From Candidatus Poribacteria bacterium (GTDB taxonomy: Bacteria; Poribacteria; WGA-4E; WGA-3G): a stretch of 64,000 nt of DNA. The notes under the pieces are model-generated. The model was not told the origin of the DNA and ran no database searches. It saw nothing but the letters and a program-made list of their open reading frames with translations. Shown here piece after piece: positions 1 through 9,444 of this stretch. Position numbers and translations under genes: made by a program. Position 1 is the first letter of the stretch; each line of letters begins with the position of its first letter. The stretch lies in NCBI GenBank assembly GCA_965198235.1, contig OZ240248.1:288001-352000 (forward strand), written 5' to 3'.

Positions 1-492
1 GGCGCACGGCTCGGAGAGGCGTGTACAAAGTGGGTCAAACCGCGGGCACCGCAGGGGGGTATCCATTCCGATTCAACGCATGATTTACCCGCGCGTCTAC
101 CTGAAACGCCGTGGATGATTAATTCGATCTGGATGATAACGGATTTTACCGTTGAGAACGGTGCGACACTTGTTGTACCACTCAGCCATCGCGCACGACG
201 TAGACCTTCGGCATCCGATATTGCAGAGAGTCATCCGGTGCCTGTCTGCGGACGGCGCGGTTCCGTACTGTTGTGGCACGGTGGTACATGGCACGGGCAA
301 GGGGCAAACACAACCGACAACCAGCATCGCATGGCGTTGAATATCGCTTACTACCCTCCTTGGTGGAATCTGATGCGCGAAGGTGGTCATCAACCCGTTT
401 TCCCAGAGACGTTTGCACGTATGCCGGAGGACCTCCAGGCACTCGTCCGACATAAGGTAGCGAAACGACGTGCGGATATCTATGAGTTTTGA
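1..492 (+). CDS. PhyH-family Fe(II)/2-oxoglutarate dioxygenase, 5'-partial
   Basis: Frame open from base 1; IHSD (HxD), NSIWMITDFTVENGATLVVPLSH, WHGQG, R-x-A motifs. Confidence 0.85.
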   Translation, partial: GARLGEACTKWVKPRAPQGGIHSDSTHDLPARLPETPWMINSIWMITDFTVENGATLVVPLSHRARRRPSASDIAESHPVPVCGRRGSVLLWHGGTWHGQGANTTDNQHRMALNIAYYPPWWNLMREGGHQPVFPETFARMPEDLQALVRHKVAKRRADIYEF

Positions 493-520
493 GTTAGGTT
501 GTCTTGTATCAGTAGTCAGT

Positions 521-1774
521 TCATTTCACCCGTTGCCCTGCTTGAAACACCGCAGCCACTCGGCTAAAAGCATCTACGTCGTTCGTTGGATCGCTCTCGA
601 AAGCGACGAGGTCAGCGATTTTGCCCGGTGCAATGGTCCCGAGGTCGTCCGCCATTCCGATTGCCTCGGCGGAAATGCGGGTCGCTGAGATAAGTGCTTC
701 CGCAGGCGTAAACCCGACTTGGACAAGTAGTTGCAAATCGTAGTCGAGATGACCGAATGCGAGATTACCAACGCCTGAATCGGTGCCGGGGACAATCCGA
801 TCGCGGAGCCCGTAGTCAAGCATACGTCGCATCACATCAAGGCGTACTTCCGCCCGCGTTTCAAGTCGTTGCAATTCGGTCGCTTCGTCAGGGGAAATGG
901 TATCCGTGTCACGTTTCGTACGGAGTTCAACGATGCGAGGATAACCCGTCCACGCTTGAAGGGTTGGGCTAATCCAGATGCCGGATTCTGCCATCATCTC
1001 GGCAATTTTGGGATCAAACCGGAGTTCACCATCTGGGTCGAGGAATTCCGCATGCTCCATCAGATCAATGCCTGCTTCAACCGCTCGCACCATCGACTCT
1101 TTCGCTCGGCAATGCGCTACCGTAAGCCGATGAAAATGGTGCGCCTCATGGACAGCGGCGTGCAACTCAGCGACGGAGTAACTGGCGCGTCCCGGAATCG
1201 TCCCGGCAGTTCCTCCACCTGATGCCATGATTTTGATGTAATCTGCGCCTTCGTGAACCAAGCGGCGGACCGAACGTCGCATCTCAGCCTCGCCATCCGC
1301 TGTCTCGTTACACATGTGGAAGTGCCCACCCGTGCAAGTGATCGGTCGTCCGCTCACTAAGGTGCGCGGACCCGGAATATAACCGCGTTCAAGCCCTTCC
1401 TTGAGTGTGAATCCTACCTTGTTCCTTGCACCGTGTTCGCGAAGGGTCGTAATCCCTGCGGCGAGATGGCGTTGCAGATTCATCGCGCCTGTCAGCACCA
1501 TCATCTCATCGGTTTCGGAGAACATCTGAATATAATTTCGTCCGTCACCTGCGAGGCTCAGATGTGTATGCCCATCAATGAGTCCCGGCGTGATGTACGC
1601 GTCTCCAAGGTCGATAACTTCTGCATCAAGGGGTGTCTGTTTCGTAATCTCTTCTTGATGTCCAACGGCATCAATCCGACCGTCGGTGACAAGAATCGCC
1701 TGATCGGTTTTAGCGTATGTACTTACCCCATCGATGAGCCGAGCGGCACGGATCTGAACAGTTTGATTTGACAT
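521..1774 (-). CDS. Metal-dependent amidohydrolase (Xaa-Pro dipeptidase-like)
   Basis: PGLIDGHTH, GADYIKIMASGG, GTDSG, GKIADLV. Start moved to MSNQ (1774) because the upstream extension is repeat DNA. Confidence 0.9.
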   Translation of the reverse strand: MSNQTVQIRAARLIDGVSTYAKTDQAILVTDGRIDAVGHQEEITKQTPLDAEVIDLGDAYITPGLIDGHTHLSLAGDGRNYIQMFSETDEMMVLTGAMNLQRHLAAGITTLREHGARNKVGFTLKEGLERGYIPGPRTLVSGRPITCTGGHFHMCNETADGEAEMRRSVRRLVHEGADYIKIMASGGGTAGTIPGRASYSVAELHAAVHEAHHFHRLTVAHCRAKESMVRAVEAGIDLMEHAEFLDPDGELRFDPKIAEMMAESGIWISPTLQAWTGYPRIVELRTKRDTDTISPDEATELQRLETRAEVRLDVMRRMLDYGLRDRIVPGTDSGVGNLAFGHLDYDLQLLVQVGFTPAEALISATRISAEAIGMADDLGTIAPGKIADLVAFESDPTNDVDAFSRVAAVFQAGQRVK

Positions 1775-1880
1775 ATTTTTAACTATGGCCCCCTGGACTG
1801 CCCTCCAAATGTAAAGCAAAGACAAATTATGCCATTTAAGGCATAATTTCATTACGGGCAGGTTTCTGGTTAATTCGCGG
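1775..1880 (-). repeat. Host repeat E1, filled allele carrying a 39-bp hairpin insert (1807-1845)
   Basis: Minus strand TTAACCAGAAACCTGCCCGTAATGAAAT-[insert]-GGAGGGCAG..CCATAGTTAAAAAT; homologous to 7233-7300 and 45985-46094. Confidence 0.85.
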
Positions 1881-1934
1881 CTGGGTTAAATCTATTGACG
1901 GTTCTTTTATCACGGTATTTGAGGGTCTCTTTTT

Positions 1935-2777
1935 TCAGACCCGCACAACAAATTCACATCCCTGTCGGAACCACTCCCGCAGGATAGTGTCTTCGTTACA
2001 GGTCCGTTTCGCTTGCGAACCTGTTGCCTGCGAGATGTCTATTGTTGCCGAAACGATGTCATCTCCGAAAAATCCAGCCTCTTTGATGACATTACCATCT
2101 GGATGCACGATCTTCGAGTTCCCGTGCGACGATCCGGGTGAGCGGATGTCATCAGGATTTGCAGGTGTATTCGCCATCAGGAGATAGATACCGTTTTCTG
2201 TCGCACGTGAGATCGGCATGGCGCGGTAAGCGGAAAGTTTATATTCTGACAGCAATCCCGCCTCACACGAGCAGAAGATACAGAGTTGCGCGCCCATCGC
2301 CGCGGGTAGTTTAACCAATTCTGGGTAGCGAACATCGTGGCAGATGATAAAGCAACACGCAACACCAGCGAGTTCCACAATCGGTAGCGGACCACGATTG
2401 TTGGTACACCACTGCTCCCCTGCGAGAAAGGTTTTGCCATAACGGTATTTGAGGGTCCCTTGCGGATCGAAAATCGCGAGGTCGTTGTGCCAGTTATCCC
2501 CATCGTGATGCGCGGAGCCGACAATAACGGCTATCCCGTGCCGACGTGCTGCCTCAGCAATTTTTGCCTCAGCCTCTTTAAAAACCTGTGGAGAAATATG
2601 TTCCCAATAGTCCGTCCGGCAGCAGTAGCCGAACAGACACCCTTCTGGAAATGCCGCAATCTGGATCTCCATCTCTGCACACGTTTCAATCTGCTGGAGC
2701 ACTTTTGCAGTATTGGCGGAAACGTCCTCGCTTGTGAGCAATTGACATGCCGCGATTTTAACCTGGTTATTAACCAT
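1935..2777 (-). CDS. Carbon-nitrogen hydrolase (nitrilase superfamily)
   Basis: FPEG, YGK and IICHD match the E-K-C triad; AAAGGAGG upstream of MVNN. Confidence 0.9.
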   Translation of the reverse strand: MVNNQVKIAACQLLTSEDVSANTAKVLQQIETCAEMEIQIAAFPEGCLFGYCCRTDYWEHISPQVFKEAEAKIAEAARRHGIAVIVGSAHHDGDNWHNDLAIFDPQGTLKYRYGKTFLAGEQWCTNNRGPLPIVELAGVACCFIICHDVRYPELVKLPAAMGAQLCIFCSCEAGLLSEYKLSAYRAMPISRATENGIYLLMANTPANPDDIRSPGSSHGNSKIVHPDGNVIKEAGFFGDDIVSATIDISQATGSQAKRTCNEDTILREWFRQGCEFVVRV

Positions 2778-2898
2778 CTGAGTGCCTCCTTTCTGTTTCT
2801 GCCATTGTAGCACACCGATCTGTTTGGTTCAAGCATTGCTGACATCCACAAAACACGAAAACCAATTGACAGGCACCGAGCAATTTGGTATAAAGAAG

Positions 2899-2997
2899 CA
2901 GTCAGTCATCAGCGATCAGAAGAATACCCATCAGCAATCAGCAAAAAGGTTTCCGTCAGCGGGTCCGCCGACAGCCGACGGCTGAAGGCTGATAGCC
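2899..2997. repeat. Degenerate heptamer tandem repeats in inverted arrangement
   Basis: CAGTCAT/CAGCGAT/CAGCAAT on the left; CCGACAG/CCGACGG/CTGAAGG/CTGATAG on the right. Confidence 0.65.
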
Positions 2998-3018
2998 AAT
3001 ACGTAGGAGAAATGCATC

Positions 3019-4179
3019 ATGAAAATTACTGACATCAAACCGTATCCTGTTTGGGTAGGACACAGAAATCAACACATCGTTAAAGTGGAAACCGATGAAG
3101 GCATCTATGGTTGGGGCGAATCTGGGCTTTCGAGCCGAGAATTGGCTGTGGTCGGTGCGGTTAAACACTATCGTGAATTCCTGATTGGGCGCGATCCGAT
3201 GCGGATCGGTGGATTGTGGCAGGAGATGTACCGAAGCCAATATTTTGAGGGCGGTCGTGCATTGACCGGGGCGATCTCGGCGATCGACATCGCACTCCAC
3301 GATATTGTCGGGAAGGCATTGAACGTGCCGGTCTACCAATTGCTCGGTGGAAAGCAACGCGACGCTGTTCCGTGTTTCGCAACGACGGGTGCGGCTACGG
3401 TCAAGGAACTAATTGCGAACGCGAATTTATTGCTTGAGAACGGATGGAACGTTATCCGAACAAACGTCCTGCATCGTGCGAAGCCGGGCGAGGAACACAT
3501 CTTTGAACCACGCGAGTCCATCAGCCTCGCGGCGGAGTGGTTGACAGCACTTCGAGAAGCCATTGGGTCTGAACCTGTCCTCGGTATCGACTATCACCAC
3601 CGGCTCAGCGTTGCGGAAGCGGCATCTTTTTGCCAACGTATGCCCTCCGGTACGCTTGATTTTTTGGAGGAGCCGATCCGAGATGAAACACCAGAGGCGT
3701 ATGAATCTCTGCGGACGATGGTGGATGTTCCGTTTGCTATTGGTGAGGAATTTTCCAGTAAGTGGCAGTTTCTTCCCTATCTGGAGCGCGGCATCACCAA
3801 CTTTGCTCGACTTGATGTGTGCAATGTCGGTGGATTAACGGAATCGATGAAGGTTGCTGGCTTGGCTGAAGCGCACTACATCGACCTGATGCCACACAAC
3901 CCATTAGGTCCCATTTGCACGGCTGCGACGGTTCATCTGGCAGCGGCAGTTCCGAACTTCGCTTGGTTAGAAATCCGAGTCTCTCCAACAGAAAAATCTG
4001 GACATTATGATGAGGATCTATTTCCGGTGCAACACAAACTTGACGGCGCAGTTATACCGGTGCCGGATACTCCCGGCTTGGGCGTTGAAGTTGATGAAGA
4101 ACTCGTAACGTCACAGACCTACAAATTCTCGGAACCGCCACACCTCCGCCGACGGGACGGATCACACACCAACTGGTAG
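3019..4179 (+). CDS. Mandelate racemase/muconate lactonizing enzyme family, galactonate dehydratase-like
   Basis: MKITDIK, GIYGWGE, SAIDIALHDI, DYHHR, LEEP, GEE, PHNP, PGLG. Confidence 0.9.
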   Translation: MKITDIKPYPVWVGHRNQHIVKVETDEGIYGWGESGLSSRELAVVGAVKHYREFLIGRDPMRIGGLWQEMYRSQYFEGGRALTGAISAIDIALHDIVGKALNVPVYQLLGGKQRDAVPCFATTGAATVKELIANANLLLENGWNVIRTNVLHRAKPGEEHIFEPRESISLAAEWLTALREAIGSEPVLGIDYHHRLSVAEAASFCQRMPSGTLDFLEEPIRDETPEAYESLRTMVDVPFAIGEEFSSKWQFLPYLERGITNFARLDVCNVGGLTESMKVAGLAEAHYIDLMPHNPLGPICTAATVHLAAAVPNFAWLEIRVSPTEKSGHYDEDLFPVQHKLDGAVIPVPDTPGLGVEVDEELVTSQTYKFSEPPHLRRRDGSHTNW

Positions 4180-4236
4180 TGTGCCATAGGAGAAGTGTGC
4201 CCCTCACACTAAAGTGACAATTGCATTCAGAATGTA

Positions 4237-4245
4237 TGCTATAAT
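4237..4245 (+). promoter_or_regulatory. Extended -10 promoter element (TGcTATAAT)
   Basis: Consensus match about 55 bp upstream of the dehydrogenase start. Confidence 0.5.
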
Positions 4246-4300
4246 CTGAAAAATAATTCGCTTCGTTATTGAACTAACATAAGGAGGGTCGTATCAACTG

Positions 4301-5230
4301 ATGAAAACGCAATCAATTAGGTACGGAGAAAACGGCGGGGTCGAGATCATTGATATCAATGTGTCCGATCCACAAGTTGATGAAGTGCAAGTTCAGCGTT
4401 CCGCGTGTGGCATCTGCGCATGGGACTTAGCGACCTTTCGGGACGGTGGTTACGCGCCTCCCGGTCATGAAGGCGTTGGTTATGTCACAAAAGTTGGGAG
4501 CGGTGCCCGGGGTATTGAGGAAGGGATGCGTGTGGCGAGTGTAGAGTTGGGGTTCGATGGTATCAAAAACTGTTCAACTGAAGACATATATGTACTTCCA
4601 GAATCGGATCTTGCGGACGAATACTGGCTTGTTGAGCCGGTTTCATGCGTTGTAACAGGTCTCGACACCGCTCCCTTGCTACCTGCCGACAACGTTGCAG
4701 TTATCGGATGCGGTTTTATGGGACTAATGTTCGTCCAGGCACTGAGCCGATTCTACACGTATGACCTTATCGCCATTGATCTCGTTGAGAAACGTCTGAA
4801 ACTGGCAAAATCGCTCGGTGCGAAACTCACGTATAATCCTAAGGAAATTGATGCCTCCGAGCTGGTATCAGAGCTGAAAGCACGTCCAATTGACGTGGTG
4901 TTCGACTGCTCTGGCAAGGCTGCAGGATTAAATCTTGCCACTAAAATTGTTCGCAGGGGTGGACATATCAATCTCTTCGGTTGTATTCGAGAGGAAGTGA
5001 CGATCAACGGTTCCGAGTGGCATGGCGGCGCGTTTAATTTGGTGAGCTCGTCGCCGGGTGCAAAGATTCGGGACCCGTTTCCGCCGGCGATCCGGCTTCT
5101 TGAGCGTGGCCACATCGACCTAAAGTCTCTCGTAACGCACATTGTCCCGCTTGAGGATTATCCAGCACTTCTCAAGGAAGCAACGGGTGGAGAGGGAAGC
5201 TACATCAAAGGTGTCGTGAAGGCGATGTAG
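4301..5230 (+). CDS. Zinc-binding (MDR) alcohol/sugar dehydrogenase
   Basis: CGICAWD, GHEGVG, EPVSC, GCGFMG Rossmann motif. Confidence 0.88.
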   Translation: MKTQSIRYGENGGVEIIDINVSDPQVDEVQVQRSACGICAWDLATFRDGGYAPPGHEGVGYVTKVGSGARGIEEGMRVASVELGFDGIKNCSTEDIYVLPESDLADEYWLVEPVSCVVTGLDTAPLLPADNVAVIGCGFMGLMFVQALSRFYTYDLIAIDLVEKRLKLAKSLGAKLTYNPKEIDASELVSELKARPIDVVFDCSGKAAGLNLATKIVRRGGHINLFGCIREEVTINGSEWHGGAFNLVSSSPGAKIRDPFPPAIRLLERGHIDLKSLVTHIVPLEDYPALLKEATGGEGSYIKGVVKAM

Positions 5231-5356
5231 TGGAGCCACAGAGGAAATTATAACTGACTGCTGATGACTGATGGATGATACCTAACACACAGGGGATGTC
5301 TCAGCAAAGTGTTCTAAGGGCATGATGGAAGAAACTTTTTTGAGAAGGAGCGTTTG

Positions 5357-5830
5357 ATGAAGTTTAGATTGCGTGAAAAGTTGAAATATATGTTTTTAGG
5401 TGGATTGCTGACCCTTGCTGGTTTTATGTTTGGTAACATGACCAGTGATACGACAGCACAATTCGGATATGAAACAATTGATAAACTGACCGTCGGAGAG
5501 TTAATCGTGCGTAAGGATATAAGGGTAATGAGTGATGATATGGATCCTCGAGTTCATATCTCTTGGGACAGAAATGGTGGACGTGTGATAACTTATGGTC
5601 CAAAGGGGATGGGTGCCGCTTCTCTTTTGGTTGCGGAGGGTAGTGGAGTTGTGACAACTCAGGGGTCAAAGGAGAAAACCGGCGCTTCTCTCATGGTGAA
5701 TGAGGGAGGCGGGGTCCTATCACTTTTCGCGCCTGATGGAAAAGCCAGGATTGTCTTAGGTATAGCCGAGGGTGACGGTGTTGCTTACTTAGTCAATAAA
5801 TTTGGTGATGCGCGTGTATTGAAACCTTAG
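5357..5830 (+). CDS. Hypothetical exported beta-rich protein
   Basis: AAGGAG RBS, N-terminal hydrophobic segment, Gly-rich beta-hairpin repeats. Confidence 0.7.
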   Translation: MKFRLREKLKYMFLGGLLTLAGFMFGNMTSDTTAQFGYETIDKLTVGELIVRKDIRVMSDDMDPRVHISWDRNGGRVITYGPKGMGAASLLVAEGSGVVTTQGSKEKTGASLMVNEGGGVLSLFAPDGKARIVLGIAEGDGVAYLVNKFGDARVLKP

Positions 5831-5840
5831 TTAATAACGT

Positions 5841-6050
5841 GTGGACACAATGATTTCTGAATTACACTATAAAATCTTAGATGATGCAAATCGCGAGCTG
5901 GCGACGCGTTTTGAGAAACTCCAGAAAGCACGCGCCAGCCGCGATCGTGACAGCATCAAACATGTCGAGATGGACTATTTCCACGCCTTGCAACACCTTT
6001 ACGCCGCGGTGCAAGATGCCGTCGCTGACGGAAACCACCAATCCCGGTAG
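5841..6050 (+). CDS. Small hypothetical helical protein
   Basis: Follows the upstream gene by 10 bp; amphipathic helical composition. Confidence 0.5.
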   Translation: MDTMISELHYKILDDANRELATRFEKLQKARASRDRDSIKHVEMDYFHALQHLYAAVQDAVADGNHQSR

Positions 6051-6083
6051 GGGACCTGTGAACAAGTATTTATGAGGTAGGTT

Positions 6084-7211
6084 CTATCCAAACAGGTATT
6101 TTTGCACAACATCTTCTCGCACCGTGACTCCCAGTCCCGGGACATCTCGGACAGCCACATAACCGTCCTCATGTGCCCACGGATCGCTGACCAATTCATG
6201 CTGCATTGGGGATTCGTGGGGCTTAAAATCCGTACAATCGGCATGTGTCGAACTCGCTAACATATGCAGACTCGCCGCGGTGTTTAAGGCACTACTCCAT
6301 GAATGGGCACTGAACAGAAGGTTCTCTGCCTCAATCAGTTTAATGACATGTCGGCTGCCGGTGAGTCCATGGCAACGTCCCGGATCAATTTGCACAATAT
6401 CGACACCGCCGGATTGGATGAGCCGTTTGTAACTTTCAACATTCCACTCATCCTCACCTGTTCCGATGGGTGTCATGACCGCCGATCGCAGCTGGGCATA
6501 CGCTTCAAAATTATCGGGCGGCAAGGGTTGCTCAATCCATTTGAGCCGATAGGGCTCGAGATCTCGGAAGCGTTGAATGGCTGTCGGGACATCCCAAATG
6601 CGATGGTGCCCAGGAGTGTCAACGACCAACTCAGGTTCGTCTCCGATGACCTCACGCACGCGACGAATCATCTCAAGGTCACGCTGGCGGTCGTGGCCGA
6701 ATAACGCCTCTGGTCGCATCCCCCAACCGCCTTTGACAACGCGGTAGTTTTGCTCTCGCAACCATCGAAATTCGTTGAGCGTCCATTCCAGGTCTTCCAT
6801 ATCAAAGATGATTGATGCCATTGCGACGATTTTGTCATGGAGTTGACCGCCAAGGAGTTGGCAAACAGGTAAACCGAGTGCCTTCCCTTTTAGGTCCCAT
6901 AACGCCATATCCACAGCACTGACAGCAAATGCGGCGATGCCTTCGGGTCCATACCACCAGATGCGGTCGAGCATTTTATGCCAGTGCCGTTCCACATCCA
7001 AAGCATCTTCACCGGTAAGCATCGGTGCAAATCCCTGATCAATAATTATCTTTGTTGCGAGTGTTGCTTCTCGAAATTGTGAGATACACTCTCCCCAGCC
7101 CACAAGACCGTCGTCGCTTTCCACGCGAGCGAGCGTGATGTAACGTTCGATACCTTTATAGTGTGGCTCCGGGTAGGCGAGTGGAAATGCTTGAATTTTT
7201 TGAATTTTCAT
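6084..7211 (-). CDS. Mandelate racemase/muconate lactonizing enzyme family protein
   Basis: GLVGWGE, SAVDMALWDLKGK, WIEQP, GEDE, PGLGV; start MKIQK. Confidence 0.9.
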   Translation of the reverse strand: MKIQKIQAFPLAYPEPHYKGIERYITLARVESDDGLVGWGECISQFREATLATKIIIDQGFAPMLTGEDALDVERHWHKMLDRIWWYGPEGIAAFAVSAVDMALWDLKGKALGLPVCQLLGGQLHDKIVAMASIIFDMEDLEWTLNEFRWLREQNYRVVKGGWGMRPEALFGHDRQRDLEMIRRVREVIGDEPELVVDTPGHHRIWDVPTAIQRFRDLEPYRLKWIEQPLPPDNFEAYAQLRSAVMTPIGTGEDEWNVESYKRLIQSGGVDIVQIDPGRCHGLTGSRHVIKLIEAENLLFSAHSWSSALNTAASLHMLASSTHADCTDFKPHESPMQHELVSDPWAHEDGYVAVRDVPGLGVTVREDVVQKYLFG

Positions 7212-7232
7212 CCTATTTTTCTCTCCTTTCAG

Positions 7233-7300
7233 ATTTTTTAATTTATGGCTGCTTGCTCTGCCCTCCATTTCATTTCGGGCAGGTTTCTGGTTAAGTCGCG
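7233..7300 (-). repeat. Host repeat E1, empty allele
   Basis: TTAACCAGAAACCTGCCCGAAATGAAATGGAGGGCAG..CCATAAATTAAAAAAT, i.e. 1775-1880 without the insert. Confidence 0.85.
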
Positions 7301-7386
7301 ACTGGAATTGAGGATTTGTACCGTCAGCAAGATAAATAGGATTTTTCAGTTACCGACCATACGCAACAAAATACGATTACACTGTA

Positions 7387-9348
7387 CTACGGCCAAATTC
7401 CGTATGTCGGTATATTAAACACCATGCCCAATATTGTCCACAGACTCCCGACGGTAAATTGCCCCAATATCAATCCCAAAAAGAACGGCATCGCCTTTCG
7501 ATGGGCATTTCTCCCTCCGTATTTTAGCAGAAGCAATTTCAGTAACCACACCACCCCGAGACTAAACCAGATGTAATTGACTGCCCAACTCCCACACACG
7601 GCGGCATACGCTGCCGGATGAAAAGGAAACCAGAAAAACTTCATTCGCATCAACATAAGGAAAAGCGCGAACAGTAAACCAATTCCGGTAAATCCTAACG
7701 CCCAATAGTCGGGAGCCAGCGGATGGGCTAACCATTTCTGTAGATGTGTCCACGGTTCAGACCCGTATATGATTGGCACACGAGACATCTCGTGTAAAGC
7801 ACCGAGTCGGTAAGGTATGGATATAAGTGCCCAAAATTGCGAGAGGATGCCAACGCACAGCGCAATAAGGATTGCAAATAGCATAAAACGACTCTGGATT
7901 CCTGACGTTGAGGCGAGTTTGAATCCTTCAAGTTGATGGGGCATTGGATGAGAATCGAAGGTGCGCGTAAAAAACCAGAAAAAAGAGAACATCGAAAGAT
8001 TATTCGGTCCCAGCGGACGGGTGCCTAAAGCGGCAACCATGACCCGTTCGGGTCCTGTATAGTGTAAGTCGTGCATTGGCGATCCGAGTTCGGCTCGCAT
8101 CCGGGAAACCGCCGTTGAGAAGGCGAAATAGAGTCCAAAAAAGACAAGAACCGCCCAGAGGGACATACCCGCTCTCAAACAAAAAAAGATCAGAAACGCA
8201 ACACCAGAAATCAGTGCAAGGACAAGGGTCAGGTGTGACATCGGTTCATTCCGCGTGGACGCTGAACGGGCTTTCGCTCCCAGTAAATTCTGAAGGTGTT
8301 TCCGGCTCCTCCAAATGGCGATTAGAAAGATGCCCATATAGGCACCAAATCCTTGATAGTTGATGTAAGGATAACTCGTCCCTTCTAATCCCATAACGCT
8401 TCCGAAGATCTGTTGTGCCTTCCACACCCAAAAGAAGAACCACGTTGAAAACAACAGATCCAACGGAATCAGAAATCCGATGCCTAAAACAAAGGGATAA
8501 ATCCCCAATCTCAGCCAACCCATCGCGGAAAAAGGTTTCTCTGTGAATCTGAAACGGTATGCTTTCTCGTATACAGAGGGTATCGCAGGAAAGACGTGGT
8601 GGAGACCGTTAACGATGTCGAAAGTCGCTACCAGCCCGAAAGCAATCCACATCAGCCGGTTCGTGAAGAAACCGTCGCTGGTCATTCGTGCTGGAAGTTG
8701 GATAATCGGATACGCCAGTTTCTCATCTTCCGTCCACGGTTTCCGCACGATAACAGTGATGCAAACCATAACAAACAGCATCACAAAGAGAAAGGCGAAC
8801 CAATTTAACACAGGCGTTAGCCACCCCAACAGATGCTGCTTTGTGTACAGCGTAGAATCTCCCTCGTAGTAGCCCGAAAGAACACTCTTGTCCGCCACGG
8901 CAAGCCAGTTCGGAATATACCGCCAAAACAGGTCTTTCCAATCGTTCTCTGGTGTTGCGAACCAGAAAGCGTGTCCCAACGTGGAAACCAAAATCTCCAT
9001 CATGCTGTGTCCCGCAGTGGCGGATGCGACGGATAACATGACATAGATGACCAAGAGTTCACCTTGAGATAGAGCTAACCGAGGCAGGAATCGCTTGAAT
9101 ATTCGGTTGAACCCCATCAACAGAAGCACATTGAAAACAACCGTGAAAATAAGCGAGACGATTGTAGGCTGCGCCGAATATTGCACCAGTTCAATATAGG
9201 TAATCCAATAACAATTGATAGGGATTAGAAGAATTCCAATTGCTATGGACCGCCAGCCGACGGATGAGGACGGTTTGGATGGAGATATGGTTGGTTTTGT
9301 ATGCGGCATTTCGGATCTGTTTTGGAAATCCTGATCCACAATTGACAT
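7387..9348 (-). CDS. Multi-pass membrane protein, DUF6785/DUF6784-type putative transporter
   Basis: Many TM segments; ATPENDW, EKLAYPIIQLP, RMRAELG, WFPFHP, PFFLGLILG; paralog of 17071-19077. Confidence 0.75.
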   Translation of the reverse strand: MSIVDQDFQNRSEMPHTKPTISPSKPSSSVGWRSIAIGILLIPINCYWITYIELVQYSAQPTIVSLIFTVVFNVLLLMGFNRIFKRFLPRLALSQGELLVIYVMLSVASATAGHSMMEILVSTLGHAFWFATPENDWKDLFWRYIPNWLAVADKSVLSGYYEGDSTLYTKQHLLGWLTPVLNWFAFLFVMLFVMVCITVIVRKPWTEDEKLAYPIIQLPARMTSDGFFTNRLMWIAFGLVATFDIVNGLHHVFPAIPSVYEKAYRFRFTEKPFSAMGWLRLGIYPFVLGIGFLIPLDLLFSTWFFFWVWKAQQIFGSVMGLEGTSYPYINYQGFGAYMGIFLIAIWRSRKHLQNLLGAKARSASTRNEPMSHLTLVLALISGVAFLIFFCLRAGMSLWAVLVFFGLYFAFSTAVSRMRAELGSPMHDLHYTGPERVMVAALGTRPLGPNNLSMFSFFWFFTRTFDSHPMPHQLEGFKLASTSGIQSRFMLFAILIALCVGILSQFWALISIPYRLGALHEMSRVPIIYGSEPWTHLQKWLAHPLAPDYWALGFTGIGLLFALFLMLMRMKFFWFPFHPAAYAAVCGSWAVNYIWFSLGVVWLLKLLLLKYGGRNAHRKAMPFFLGLILGQFTVGSLWTILGMVFNIPTYGIWP

Positions 9349-9444
9349 ACGCCCTTAGCTAAAGCTCAGGCTTGGCGTGAAGAGTGAAAAGATATGACTC
9401 TACTGTAGGAGAGACGACCTTTAGCGATTTGTGTCCATCGATTA

